NCBI GenBank assembly: GCA_025558095.1
Contig: JAIVFI010000006.1
Location: forward strand, 682,001-746,000
Origin: Hyaloraphidium curvatum SAG 235-1
Taxonomy: Eukaryota > Fungi > Monoblepharomycota
Length of the DNA stretch: 64,000 nt
Direction of reading: 5' to 3'
Position numbers and translations under genes: made by a program. Positions 1 to 11,416 of the stretch are shown one piece after another (positions within the stretch are counted from its first letter, which is position 1; every line of letters begins with the position of its first letter). The notes beneath the pieces are model-generated. The model was not told the DNA's origin. It did not search any database and saw only the letters and a program-made list of their open reading frames with translations.

Positions 1-1464
1 GCCCTGCCCCGGCCCGCAGTGGCGCGAGGCGAACGCGGGGGACGCAGACGCCTACGCCGCATCGCAGTGGGCCGCCCTGGAGGAGGCCCGCAGGCCGGAC
101 ATGACTTGGCGCACGCGGGTGGTCGAGACGCCCAGGGCGAGCAGGGTGACGGGGAGCATCGGTTACGGTCTACTGCCCGCCGCGGGGACGAGGGTGAATC
201 CGAGGGGGAACTGGATGTGCTTCGAGTGGACGAACCCGGAGGGGTGAGCGAATCCTTCAACTGGGCTCCAACGGGCTCCGCTGAACCTCCTCTCCTCCAG
301 CTACTCGTTCCCCATTCGGATCGTGGGAGCCTCCCCCGGCCAGCCCTCGGGAGGCAACCCCGCGTGCATGGCCAACGCCGACCGCACGGGTTGTCGTTGG
401 GTCAGTCCCTGGATCGGCCCGCCGGGCATCCAGAAGTGGACCGCGCAGTTCGGGGACTGGACTCGCTGCCAGGAGCTAGTGGACGGGGCCGACGAGAACA
501 CTCCTTACATTACGTGCGGGGAGGAGCACGCGCGGGTGTTTGGGTGGCCGGGCTACGACGAGAGTGGGTTGTCCGCCGCACCGACGGCTCGCAGAGAAAG
601 CTGACGATCCCCATCCACCCCCTTACAGGCGACCCGGACAGCTGGTGCGCCGCCGCCGCCCTCGCCATGGACCTCCGCCCCGACGGCCTCCGCCACCACG
701 TGTGGTCGGATCCTCTCCGCTGGACCTTCGAGGTGGCCGCCGGCCGCCCCCCCAACTTCCCCACCAAGGAGATGCGCCCCGCCCCCCGCCCCGAGGACGA
801 GCTCATCATCGAGTGCGTCACCTGGGGCTGGGGGTGCGCGTCGTGCGACGAGCTGAGGTACCAGTGCAACGACGGCATCCAGCACTCGTGCGAGTACCTG
901 CCGAGGATCCCGGCGGGGTGCACGGGCGACGGGGCGAGGGTGTGGGAGCTGGAGTGGTACCTGCGGCAGGTGGGGGGGGTCTACCCAAAGTCGAGATACA
1001 CGCAGACCAGCGGGAGGGGGAGGACGCAGGCGGCGGCGCCGACGACGACGACCGTGGCGCCTGTGGTGGCGACGACAACAGTGGCGCCGGCTGCGGGTAC
1101 GACCCCGACCAGCGCTGCCGCCCCGCGGACGACGGCAACGGCGGTCGCACCCAGCACGGGATCGCCGGCCGGCCGGACCACGGCAACAACTACCGCTGCC
1201 TCGCAGGCCGCCTTGGCTTCCTCCTCGGCCGGCAGCACCACCACCCCTCCCGCAATCTCCAGTACCATCACCCCTCCCCCATCCGCCAACGCCTCGACAC
1301 CGGCGGCCCTGACGACGCCCCTTCTTGCAGCATCGAGCATGGCAGCGCCGGCGAGCGGCACGACCGACCCGAGCACCTCCTCCGCCGCGCGGGCCGCGGC
1401 GTGGGGTTGGGCTGCCGCGTGCGTGTTCGCGGCGATCTGGGCTGCTGCTTCTGCGGCGGTGTGA
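1..1464 (+). CDS. Secreted/GPI-anchored cell-surface protein with Cys/Trp-rich domain and Ser/Thr stalk (5' partial)
   Basis: Introns 244-300 and 564-628 (GT..AG) join WMCFEW..PIRI..GNPACMANADRTGCRW..CGEEHARVFGWPGYDESDPDSWC. A Thr/Ala/Ser-rich stalk and hydrophobic C-terminus (GPI-signal-like) follow; stop at 1464. Confidence 0.7.
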   Translation, partial: ALPRPAVARGERGGRRRLRRIAVGRPGGGPQAGHDLAHAGGRDAQGEQGDGEHRLRSTARRGDEGESEGELDVLRVDEPGGVSESFNWAPTGSAEPPLLQLLVPHSDRGSLPRPALGRQPRVHGQRRPHGLSLGQSLDRPAGHPEVDRAVRGLDSLPGASGRGRREHSLHYVRGGARAGVWVAGLRREWVVRRTDGSQRKLTIPIHPLTGDPDSWCAAAALAMDLRPDGLRHHVWSDPLRWTFEVAAGRPPNFPTKEMRPAPRPEDELIIECVTWGWGCASCDELRYQCNDGIQHSCEYLPRIPAGCTGDGARVWELEWYLRQVGGVYPKSRYTQTSGRGRTQAAAPTTTTVAPVVATTTVAPAAGTTPTSAAAPRTTATAVAPSTGSPAGRTTATTTAASQAALASSSAGSTTTPPAISSTITPPPSANASTPAALTTPLLAASSMAAPASGTTDPSTSSAARAAAWGWAAACVFAAIWAAASAAV

Positions 1465-1814
1465 TCGGGGGCAAGGGTGGATCGGGAGCGGCGCAGGTCG
1501 CTGAGGTTCTTGATTATGCATGTATCGTGCGTTGCCTGCAGCAGAACATCCTCTTTGCCTCATCTCCTTTCTCGCTCTGGCTTCGAGTTCATGATCGAGT
1601 CATCGTAATCCATTCAGACGGTACACGATCGCCGCGGTTCTCCTCTCCAGTCGTGGGTTTTGGTGGCCTCCTCCGCGGGAAGCCTCTGCGTTTCGACCGC
1701 GTGGTCGGCACCTCCACCACCGTCTCGTCTCCCCGTCCGTCATTGACATCCGCTCGGGATCTGCCTGCATCCCTGTATGCACCGCTCCGCAAAGTTTCAA
1801 CGATCCTCCAAATG

Positions 1815-2980
1815 TCACTCCGTGCGCGCCAACCTGCGCCACATCTGTGCTTCGGGCGTGGTCAGGTCCAGCGGGCTGTAGCGGACAATGATCGTGCCGA
1901 CGACGCGGCGCAGCTCGTTCTCGACGCGCGGTAGGGCCTGTTCCTGGATCCTGTACTCGCAGCGGTCCAAAACGAGCTTGGCAGTTTGCGGAACCGCGGC
2001 GGCGAGCACAGAGGTGGGTGCGTTCCTCAGCTCGACGCTGTCAGAGGCGATCGGGGGACGAACCGTCCACCACGATGGGATGCCATTGTCCCCGGAGTTC
2101 CAGCCGAGAATCAGCTTCTTCGGCCGCAGGTTCCGATGCTGCATGAGAGCGGCAGGGACCGCGTTGGCGGAGACCCCCATGTTCTGAATGGCTCCAACGA
2201 GGCGCGGGCGCTCCGACAGCTGGCGGAAGAAGACGGCCGGTTGATCCGCCGTGGAGGCCCATGCGAGGTCCAGCTGCCGGAGGTTGACGCATCGCTCGAG
2301 CGCGCTTGCCAGGTTCTCGGGCACCGAGGCGTTCTGCCGGAAGGCGATCTTGGCCACCTCGAGCCAGGGTGGGAAGTCCATCTCCGGAAGCTGCTCGAAG
2401 AAATCAGATTGGTCCCAGAAGATGAGTCCAGGGTGATCAGGCTTTCCAGGGTGCCCATCCGTCTGCACGCCGCGGCGAACGGTTCCCCGGTCCCCATGAG
2501 TACCAGGCTAATGGGCTGCATCGGGTACGTCAAGCACTGTTCAATCTGCTGCGCACTGAGGCTTCCGGGGCAAGCGATGAGGATCACCGTGCGCACCAGC
2601 TCGGCGAGACGTGAGTCCTTGATGACCGGAACGAGTCTTGCGAAGTTCGTATCGCCGGACAGGTAAACTTGCTCCAAAAGCACAATCAGTGCGACTCGGT
2701 TCATGTACCTCGACGTGGCGGCGACCTTGGCGACTGCCCCCAGTCCTGACCGCACATCTGGGTGCGCGGGGGCCACCGTGTAGCGCAAGATCATCAGCCA
2801 GAGCTCTGGTGGGAGATGCGTCGCTTTCTCCTCGAAAAGAGCCAAGAGAGCCTTCGGAACGGCGCGGAGGCGCTGGCGCAGGGGACGGGGTACGGCGACG
2901 ACGGCGGTGTCCTCCGGCTCGACGCGGCGGGCTCCGCGACGGGCCAGCCCCGCGCGCTCAGAATCGCCGAAGCAGCCCAT
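1815..2980 (-). pseudogene. F-box-like/LRR protein with a frameshift near 2425
   Basis: HLPPELWLMILRY F-box-like motif in ORF 2111-3292. LRR-like continuation (LERCVNLRQLDL) lies in another frame (ORF 1815-2468), with no obvious intron at the junction. Confidence 0.5.
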
Positions 2981-3708
2981 GTGTTGCGATGGGAGTGCTC
3001 GTGCAAGAAGGGGTAGCGATGCGCGGTGCGCCGGAGTCCGGAGTCCTGGCCCAAACAATGTCGCTGGAGCGAAGAGGGCGAAGGATGAAGCAACGCGCGG
3101 CTGCGAGCGCAAAGAGTCCGATGTAGAGAGTGCGGGCGCGGGAAGGCGGCCGCGGGCAGCAAACGAGCACGAGGGAGCGCCGGTAGGAGTCGGGGAGGTG
3201 TGTGGCTGCGAGCGCCGCGGCCGAGAGTCCGCGGCAGTTATCCCCAGGATGTCGCAGAAGACGATACTCTGCCCATCATCGCGAGCGAGCATCCGATCTC
3301 ATCTGGAACAGGTCCATCGAGCAACTCTAGGCCCCTGCGCGGCGGGATTCGCCCCGCAGCAGCGCGATGCGGAGCAAGCCGCACATAGGCTACTCCAGAA
3401 TGGGCCGGGGACCATATGTGCTCAGAATCGATACCGATCGCACCCAGGAGCGGTCGGTCCACGCGACATGAGGTGCTTCCCGGGCCTGGAGGCATGTTCG
3501 AAGGCGGGTCGGCGGCGGGCGGGCTCCCGGATCGGGCCGTGTGGGAAGCCGCACTCCCGCGCGCGTTCGCACCAGCGGGGCATAGCCCGCAACACTCCGG
3601 AGCACGGATCGGCAGATCGAAAACGATGCTGCCTCCCATGAAATGGCGCCGGAGCCGCTGAAACGTCTCAGACGAGGAGGTGGAGAGAACGGGCGGTGGC
3701 GAGTCTCC

Positions 3709-5313
3709 ATGCCGGCGGACACAATCGCTTCGCGCCCATGGTGGGAAACCGGCGTCTTCTACCAGGTGTACCCGCGCTCGCTGCAGGATTCGGACGGGGA
3801 CGGCGTCGGCGATCTGCGCGGCATCGCGTCCCGCCTCGACTACTTTGCTGGTCTGGGCGTCGGCTCGCTCTGGCTGTCACCCATCTTCCGCTCGCCGATG
3901 GCGGATTTCGGCTACGACGTGGCGGACTACGAAGATATCGACCCGCTCTTCGGCTCGCTCGAGGACTTTGACCGCCTCCTCGCCGGCGCCCACGCCCGGG
4001 GCCTGCGCGTGATCCTGGACCTGGTCCCCAACCACACCTCGACGGAACACGCGTGGTTCCGGGAATCGCGTTCCTCGCGCAACAGCCCAAAGCGGGACTG
4101 GTACGTCTGGGCCGATCCCTCCCCGGACGGCGGGCCTCCCAACAACTGGATCTCGTACTTTGGCGGGCCCGCGTGGACGCGCGATCCGGCAACGGGGCAG
4201 TATTACCTGCACAACTTCGATCCACGCCAGGCGGATCTCAATTGGCACAACCCTGCCGTGCGGGAGGCGATCCACGGCGCTCTCCGTTTCTGGCTCCGCA
4301 GAGGCGTCGACGGCTTCCGGCTCGACGTGGCTTTCATCCTCCTCAAGGACGCGGAGCTGCGCGACAACCCGCCAGACCCTAACTGGAAGCCGGGGGACAA
4401 CCCCGTCTGGCGGCTGCGGAGGGTCTACTCGCAGGAGCGACCGGGGCACCACGAGCTGCTGGCCGGGATGAGGGCCGTGGCAGACGAGTTTTCGGATCGG
4501 GTGCTGGTCGGCGAGATACAGTACAGCACCGACCCGGCGCTCATGGCGTCGTACTACGGCACCGCGGCAAGACCCGAGGTGCACCAGCCCTTTAACTTTG
4601 CCCTCATCATGTTGCCCTGGGACGCACGCAGGGTGCGCGAGTTTGTCGCGGCCTACGACGCCGCGGTGCCGCCATGGGGCTGGCCGACCTACGTGCTGGG
4701 GAACCACGACCAGGACCGCCTCGTCTCGCGGATCGGGTCGGAGCAGGCCAGGGTGGCCGCCATGTTCCTCCTCACGGTGCGTGGGGCGCCGTACATCTAC
4801 CAGGGCGAGGAGCTCGGCCTGCCCAACGGCGAGGTCGCACCCGAGGACTACCAGGACCCGCAGGGTATCAACGTCGGGATCAGCCGCGATCTTTGTCGCA
4901 CGCCCTTCCAATGGGACGGGAGCTTGAACGCGGGATTCACAACTGGGAAGCCGTGGCTGCCCGTGTCGAGCACCTGGAAGACGCTCAACGTGGAGAGCGA
5001 GGATGCGGACCCCAAGTCGTCCTTGTCTTTGTACCGCCGCCTCCTGGCTCTGCGGCGCACGCACCCTGCTTTGCATGCCGGATCGATGGCGCTGGTCGAG
5101 AGCCCACCGGACGTGCTTGCTTTCGTCCGCAAGGAGGCGGGCGAGCGGTTCCTGGTCGCGCTCAACTTTTCGGCCGGACCGCAGGCGCTTGAGCGGCCGG
5201 AGCTGGGGCGCGGGAAGGTGTTGTTGTCGACGGCGATGGATCGCGAGGAAGCGACCGATCTGGGAGGACTGGCGCTGCGGGCAAACGAGGGCGTGCTGAT
5301 TCAGTTGGACTGA
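3709..5313 (+). CDS. GH13 alpha-glucosidase/oligo-1,6-glucosidase, bacterial type, intronless
   Basis: WW..GVFYQVYPRSLQDSDGDGVGDLRGI, DLVPNHTS, catalytic GFRLD / VGE / LGNHD, YIYQGEELG; ATG at 3709. Confidence 0.93.
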   Translation: MPADTIASRPWWETGVFYQVYPRSLQDSDGDGVGDLRGIASRLDYFAGLGVGSLWLSPIFRSPMADFGYDVADYEDIDPLFGSLEDFDRLLAGAHARGLRVILDLVPNHTSTEHAWFRESRSSRNSPKRDWYVWADPSPDGGPPNNWISYFGGPAWTRDPATGQYYLHNFDPRQADLNWHNPAVREAIHGALRFWLRRGVDGFRLDVAFILLKDAELRDNPPDPNWKPGDNPVWRLRRVYSQERPGHHELLAGMRAVADEFSDRVLVGEIQYSTDPALMASYYGTAARPEVHQPFNFALIMLPWDARRVREFVAAYDAAVPPWGWPTYVLGNHDQDRLVSRIGSEQARVAAMFLLTVRGAPYIYQGEELGLPNGEVAPEDYQDPQGINVGISRDLCRTPFQWDGSLNAGFTTGKPWLPVSSTWKTLNVESEDADPKSSLSLYRRLLALRRTHPALHAGSMALVESPPDVLAFVRKEAGERFLVALNFSAGPQALERPELGRGKVLLSTAMDREEATDLGGLALRANEGVLIQLD

Positions 5314-5382
5314 TTCGGCAGGCTGTTAGTAAATGGCCACGTGCGAAAGGGCACCAAGGAGTATGATTTCTTCCTCCCAGTT

Positions 5383-6664
5383 CTACATCCTCGCCCTCCC
5401 GTCCCGCTCCGCAAGCTCCTTCTCAACGACTTCCCTCGCCTTCTTCACCTCGTCCACCTCCCACTCCAGCTCCCTGACGTACGACATGCCTGCGTACTCA
5501 TATTTCCCCCCCTTGCTGATCGCCTCCTCCGCGTTCTTCAGCCTCAGCAGCGCCCTGTTCCTGCTCTTCAGCGAGACCGGCGCACCACCCGCCAGCTTGA
5601 CGTCCCCCGACGACGTGTGCGCGGGATCCCCGACGAGCGCGACGATCATGTCCGCGCCTGCCTCGTCGAGGACGGCGAATTCGGGCATGCAGGGGGCCAG
5701 CTCGAAGGGCGAGCGGACGCGGTGCGAGGCGTAGGGGCGGAGGAGGGAGAGCCGGGGGAAGCGCGTGGCGAGCTCGCCGAGGATGCAGAACTGCGGGTCG
5801 ATGAGGTTGATCTTGCCGGCGTTGAACTGGTCCATCGCTTCGGCTGTCGTGCAGGGGAGTGATCGGATCAATGAGTGGCCGAAGAAGCCGGCAACAGTGT
5901 GAGACGTACTCGGCGTGACCCATCGAACGCCGAGGATCTCGGTGCCGTCCGCCACGGCGCGCTCGCGCATCCGCCGGATGACGTCCTCGGTCGAGTCATG
6001 CAGGACAGCCATCATGAACTTAACGTCGAAGCGCTTCGGCGCGTCTTCGGGCGTAATCCACTGTATGGGAGGCGTCAATCGGCGGCGGAACGGAAGATAC
6101 GCGATCGGCGAAACCCACATTGCACCAGAAAGAGAGCGCACCCGTCATCGGCACGCTGCCCGTCTCCTCGCACATGGTCCAGAACTCCTCGCTCTTGTCG
6201 TGTATCCTCTTGCGCCAGTCCATCACCTCCTTCCGCGTCCACCGCCTCTGGTCCTCCCTCGCGCCGTCCTCCCCCTCGACGGCCTCCCGCGACGACGACC
6301 GGCCCCGGATCAGCAGCAGCCCGACCTCCTCGAACGTCTCCCTGATCGCGGCCAGCGCGTGCGGCAGCACAGCGTCGGGGAACCGGTGCTTCTCCCCGGC
6401 CAGCGCCTGCGCCCACCGCGGATCGCGGTCCACGGGCTCGACTTTGCCGCCGGGGAACACCGTCAGGCCGCCGAACTGCCCGCGCGCGGAGCGATCGACC
6501 ATCAACACGCGGTAGTCGGCCGGGTCCGCGGACGTCGCCTCGGACGGCGGCCGCGGCGCGAGGATCAGCAGCGACGACGCGTGGCCGGGCACGACGGGCA
6601 CCGCGGCCGGCGGCCGGCCCTTGAGCGCGCGCCCGCGCACCAGCGGAATAGGTTTGGGAGGCAT
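5383..6664 (-). CDS. NUDT19-like Nudix hydrolase (acyl-CoA diphosphatase family)
   Basis: VFPGGKVE...AAIRETFEEVGLLL split Nudix box; intron 6061-6118 joins to WITP..PKRFD; a second in-frame intron near 5850-5910; ends -ARM (PTS1-like). Confidence 0.8.
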
Positions 6665-6792
6665 CGCTGTGGGGGGACGGAACGGGCCGATCACGGATCA
6701 ACATCGACTGCGTCTCCAGGTCGGAGGAACGCGCATCCTGGTTGCCCGGCGCCGTTTACAGTGACTTTGTTTTTCTATTGGCCGACGCGAAG

Positions 6793-7884
6793 ATGGCCGG
6801 ACTTGGCGCCTTCAATCATCTGGAAACGGAGCGGACGCCGTCCGGCGTGGCATACGTGTGCGCACCTTCGGACTGCTCCAACGTGCCGAAGCGTGACTAT
6901 CCAGGACACTCTCTAGATCTATATCGAACCCTCCGATGAACATCATCACGCTTGGGCTCTACCAGTGAGCAGTCGGAACGCGTTGCTAGCTGTCTCCCTT
7001 CACCATCTCGTTACGCGCTCTCTACCTTTGCACCTATTCAGGGAATTCATCGCGCTTATCGAATCGCTCGCCACTGATCCCGCCGTTCGCGTCGTCGTCT
7101 TCCGCTCCTCCGTGCCTTCCTTCTTCATGGCCCACTTTGATGTCGAGCTGCTCACGAGGATACAGCCGCTGCGAGCGGGAGAGATCGGGCCCTCGGCTTG
7201 GACCTTGAATCCGTTCAGCAAGATGGCGGAGCAGTTGCGGACGATGCCGAAGCCGACCATCGCAATCATAAACGGGCGAACGGGCGGCGGAGGGTCCGAG
7301 CTCGCACTCTCGATGGACATGAGGTTCGCCGGACCCGAAGCTGTCTTCAACCAGCCTGAGGTAGGCGCTCGACTTCCGTCCCGGAATCTGCGGCCTGACA
7401 GTGAGCAGGTTGCGCTCGGGATCCTGCCTGGGGGCACGGGGACTGGAAGGCTGGCTAGGCTCTGCGGCCGGTCGAGGGCGATGGAGATCATTTTGGGATG
7501 CGAGGATTTCTCTGCCAAGGAGGCAGAAGCTTACGGTATCTACAGTTGTTTGCAGATGCTGGATCGCACCTGCTAACGTTTGTCGGCATCGCAGGCTGGG
7601 TCAACCGCGCCTTCGACACCGCGGAAGCTTTGGAAGCCCATGTTACTCGCCTCGCCGAGCGGATGGCAAAGTTCGAGCCTAACGCCGTCGCGCGCGCCAA
7701 GCAGTGCGTGCTGCGGGCGGAAAAGGGCGTGATCGAGGATGCCATCGCCGAGTCCGTGGACTTTGCCGAGCTGCTCAAGGTTGACAGCTGGGAAGAGAAC
7801 GGCCGAATGAAGAAGTTCTTGAAGATTGGAGGGCAGACGGTGGAGGGCGAGAAGAAGCTCGGATTCCTCTGTGGACAACTTTAG
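6793..7884 (+). CDS. Enoyl-CoA hydratase/isomerase (crotonase) family protein, multi-exon
   Basis: VRVVVFRS..FFMAHFD, KPTIAIINGRTGGGGSELALSMDMRFA, QPE|VALGILPGGTGT; several short introns. Confidence 0.85.
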
Positions 7885-8094
7885 TCGAGAGGTAGAAGTT
7901 TCAAAAGTTTATGCTATTCGGTTCTGACTTTCAGCAGTACTGCTGGGATTCCTCTGATGGACAACTTTCTTTTATAGGTAGAAGCTCATACGTTTATGTG
8001 ACTCGGTTTTGACGTTCGGCAGTAGTTGCGGGGCGTTGGGGTGACAGCGGTCAACTTGTCACCCGCGCTGAGTCACACCAACTCTTTCAGGCCA

Positions 8095-11000
8095 ATGTCC
8101 GAAAAGCACAACGCCGTGCCCCCGCTGCTCGCGGAGCAGCTCAAGAACATCCCGCACCACGGTCCGGACGAGCCGATGACCCCGCCGCAGACACCCGTGG
8201 CGCCCCGCATCGCCGGGGAGGCGCCCCCCCCCCAGGAACGCCACGAAGCCCAGACGCCCATCACCAACGTCGCCGGCACCGCGACCGCCGAGCCTGGAGC
8301 GCAGAAGACCGAGGCCGACATCGCCGACGATCCCAAGTGGACGTCTTTCCTGCTGAAGGACAGGTCGCAGGTGCAATCGAGTTACACGACCAAGCCCGCG
8401 GGGCGCGGCGAGTCCATCATTCTCAGGTGACCGTCTTCTCGTGCTCGGCTCTTTCTGCCTCCACTGATGGGCATTCCTGCGTGATAGGTCGCCCAAGACC
8501 CCTCCCGGAACGCCTCTCGTCGTGCGCCCCAACGAAGAGACCCGTACATGCTGGGACCTGTTTCAGCAGGGAAAGAAGCGCGCTGGGGCCGACAGCAAGT
8601 GCATGGGCGTAAGGAAGCCGGGATCAAGGGAGTATGAGTGGTTCAGGTTCGGATTCACTGCGGAATCGTTGGCCTTTTGTCGTGACTCACAACCTGCTGC
8701 CATCAGTTGGGCCGACGTCGAACGCCAGATCCGCGCTCTCGGCGAGGGCATGGCCAGCTCTACCGGGCTTGAGTTTGGATCGGGAGAGCGCGTCGGAGTG
8801 TTTATGGGCACGTCGATGGAGTTCGCGCTGGTCGACGGGGCGTGCAACAGCCGCGGATGGACCGTCGTCCCGCTCTACGAGACCTTCGCCAGCGGTGAGT
8901 CCACGGCATCCATTCGCAGCGAGATTTTGGTTGATGCTTTGGTGGCAGACGCTCTTATTCACATCGTCAAGCTGGTCGAGATGAAAGTCGTGTTCACTAC
9001 GCCTCGCCTGCTCGCCCGCCTCATCTCGATCAAGCCCGGCTTGCCCAACCTGACGCACGTGGTCGTCGCGCGCGCCGATCTGCCCGAGGATATCCCCGAT
9101 CTGGACCCGGCGCAGAAGGCCGGGTTCACAGTCAGGACCTGGCGGGAGGTGGTCGACGATGGCGCGAGGGTCATGGGCACCAAGGCAGACCAGCAGGGAT
9201 CCAAGTGGTGGTGGGACGTCAAGGATACGGACACGCAGACGATCTGCTTTGTGGGTGCACTTGGCTTCAGCTTTGACGTTTCACTCAATGTTCCCCTTCA
9301 ACTCAGACGAGCGGCACTACCGGTACGGCTCTCTGCCCGGCGCAGCTAGCTCTTGAACTCACTTTTTGCTCCAGGGATGCCAAAAGGGGCTGTCATAAGC
9401 CACGGGAACTGGGTTTGCGGTGCGGCGGGCGCTGCGGAGGTGTTTGAAGACTTCTTGAGCCCTGGCGACACCGTGAGTACATTGTCCGTCGTCGTGCCAC
9501 GATATGAAGCTGACTGCTTCACAGTACATCAGGTACTGCGTTGATTCGCGTTGCTCTACCTACCTGACTGGTCTACCTGAGCAGCTACCTGCCCATGGCT
9601 CATTGCTTCGAGAAAATCGATATGTACAACACGTGGGCTGATGCAATCGTTACGCATGCTCGTGTATTGAGCGTTTCCTTCTGTCAGCTTCAACCTCGGC
9701 TGTGTGATGGGCTTCTTTGGCGGCGACGTACTCAAGCTCTTCGATGACATGGAAGTGCTCAAGCCGACGGTACGTCGACCCAGCTTTCGATAGGGTTGCA
9801 TGACTAATGATTGCATTGCGGATGCAGTACTTTCCCACCGTACCTCGTCTTCTGAGTCGATTCCACGATGTTGTCATGAACCAGATTCACAAGTCCGGCT
9901 ACGTCGCAAATGCTCTGGTAAGCAGATCGCGGGCTCCTTGCGGTTTTCGCTGCTGATTGAGAAGCGCAGTGGAAAGTCGGCTACGAGTTCAAGCGCCAGC
10001 TCCTCTACCGCTTCGGCATAATCACCAAGAACACCCCCTTCGACAAGCTCCTGTTTGGCCGTATCCAGGCCAAGATGGGCGGATGTTTGCGGGGCATCGT
10101 CACCGGCAGCGCTCCGGTAAAGCCACGTCGGTTCCGTTCCTGCGCCGGTCTCGAACGCCTCTTGCAGATCCCGCCACCGGTCATTGAATGGTACCGCATC
10201 GTCATGGGCTGCGAAGTGCTCGAAGGATATGCCCAGACGGAGAACTGCGCGGTATCACTCATCACCCGGCCCGGAGACTACACCTTCCCGTACGGCAGCT
10301 TCGTCGGCGTTCCCTTCCAGTGCAACGAAATCAAGCTCATCGATGCCCCGGAGATGAACTACTTCGTCACGGACTACCCTCATCCTCGTGGGGAGATCTG
10401 CAGCCGCGGAGGTGCGTCTCACGCAGTTTCGTTGCACCGTGGAAACTCACAATGCGGTCAGCGGAGGTCATGCAGGGATACTACAAGCAGCCGGATAAGA
10501 CTGCAGAGACCGTTGACAAAGATGGCTGGCTGCACTCGGGCGACGTGGGCGAGCTGCTTCCCAACGGGACGATCAAGATCATCGACAGGTGAACTCTTTT
10601 CGAAGAAGTAAGTTCGTTGCTGATGCACATAACCTCGACAGGATCAAGAACGTTCTGAAGCTCGCACAGGTATGGCTCGATGTGAAAGAAGATGTAGCTC
10701 CGCAACTGATCTCCATTCCGTGATCAGGGCGAATACGTTGCTGTCGGTGGGAACCTACATGCCCGGAATGGCTGCGACGAGCACGCTGACATGATCGTGT
10801 TCCGCAGAGCGCGTCGAGAACATCCTCTCGCGCTCCGACTTCATCATGCAGATCTTCCTCGAGGGCGATTCGCTCAAGACATACCTCGTCGGCATAATCC
10901 ACCCCGACCCCGATCGCGTGGTGGCCTTTGCCGAGTCACACGGCAAGCTCAAGGGCCTGAGCTACGAGCAGCTGTGCGACACAAAGGACCTGCATGACGC

Positions 11001-11303
11001 TATCATGGCTGACATCAGGAAGCTGGCCAAGGAGAACGAGGTGCGATCGTTCCCCCTGAACTATCGCTTGACTAACGAGACACCCTGAAGCTCCACTCGT
11101 TCGAGATTCCGAAGTCTCTCTACCTCGAGCCGAAGCCTTTTTCTATGGAGAACGACTTGCTGACGCCGACGTGGGTCTCCCTATCGCGTCACCGATGCTC
11201 CAGCTGACCTAGTTCGTTCAGCTTCAAGAACAAGCGTCCCCAGCTCAAGAAGTTTTACGGCGGCAAAATCAAGGCGCTGTACGCCATGCTCGACGGCAAG
11301 TAA
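8095..11303 (+). CDS. Long-chain acyl-CoA synthetase (ACSL/FAA-like), many exons
   Basis: TSGTTG(M)PKG, YISYLPMAH, EGYAQTE, GWLHSGDVG, IIDR.KN..KLAQGEYVA, ENDLLTPT.K.KR; stop TAA at 11301-11303. Confidence 0.9.
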
Positions 11304-11416
11304 GAATTGAAACGGACTTTTTCCTTTCCATCTTGGACATCTTGTACGCAACGAGGTGAATCATGAAAAGAGAATTTCATTCACTCAATCTCGAGTCCAC
11401 TAAAGCAATGTCAAGA

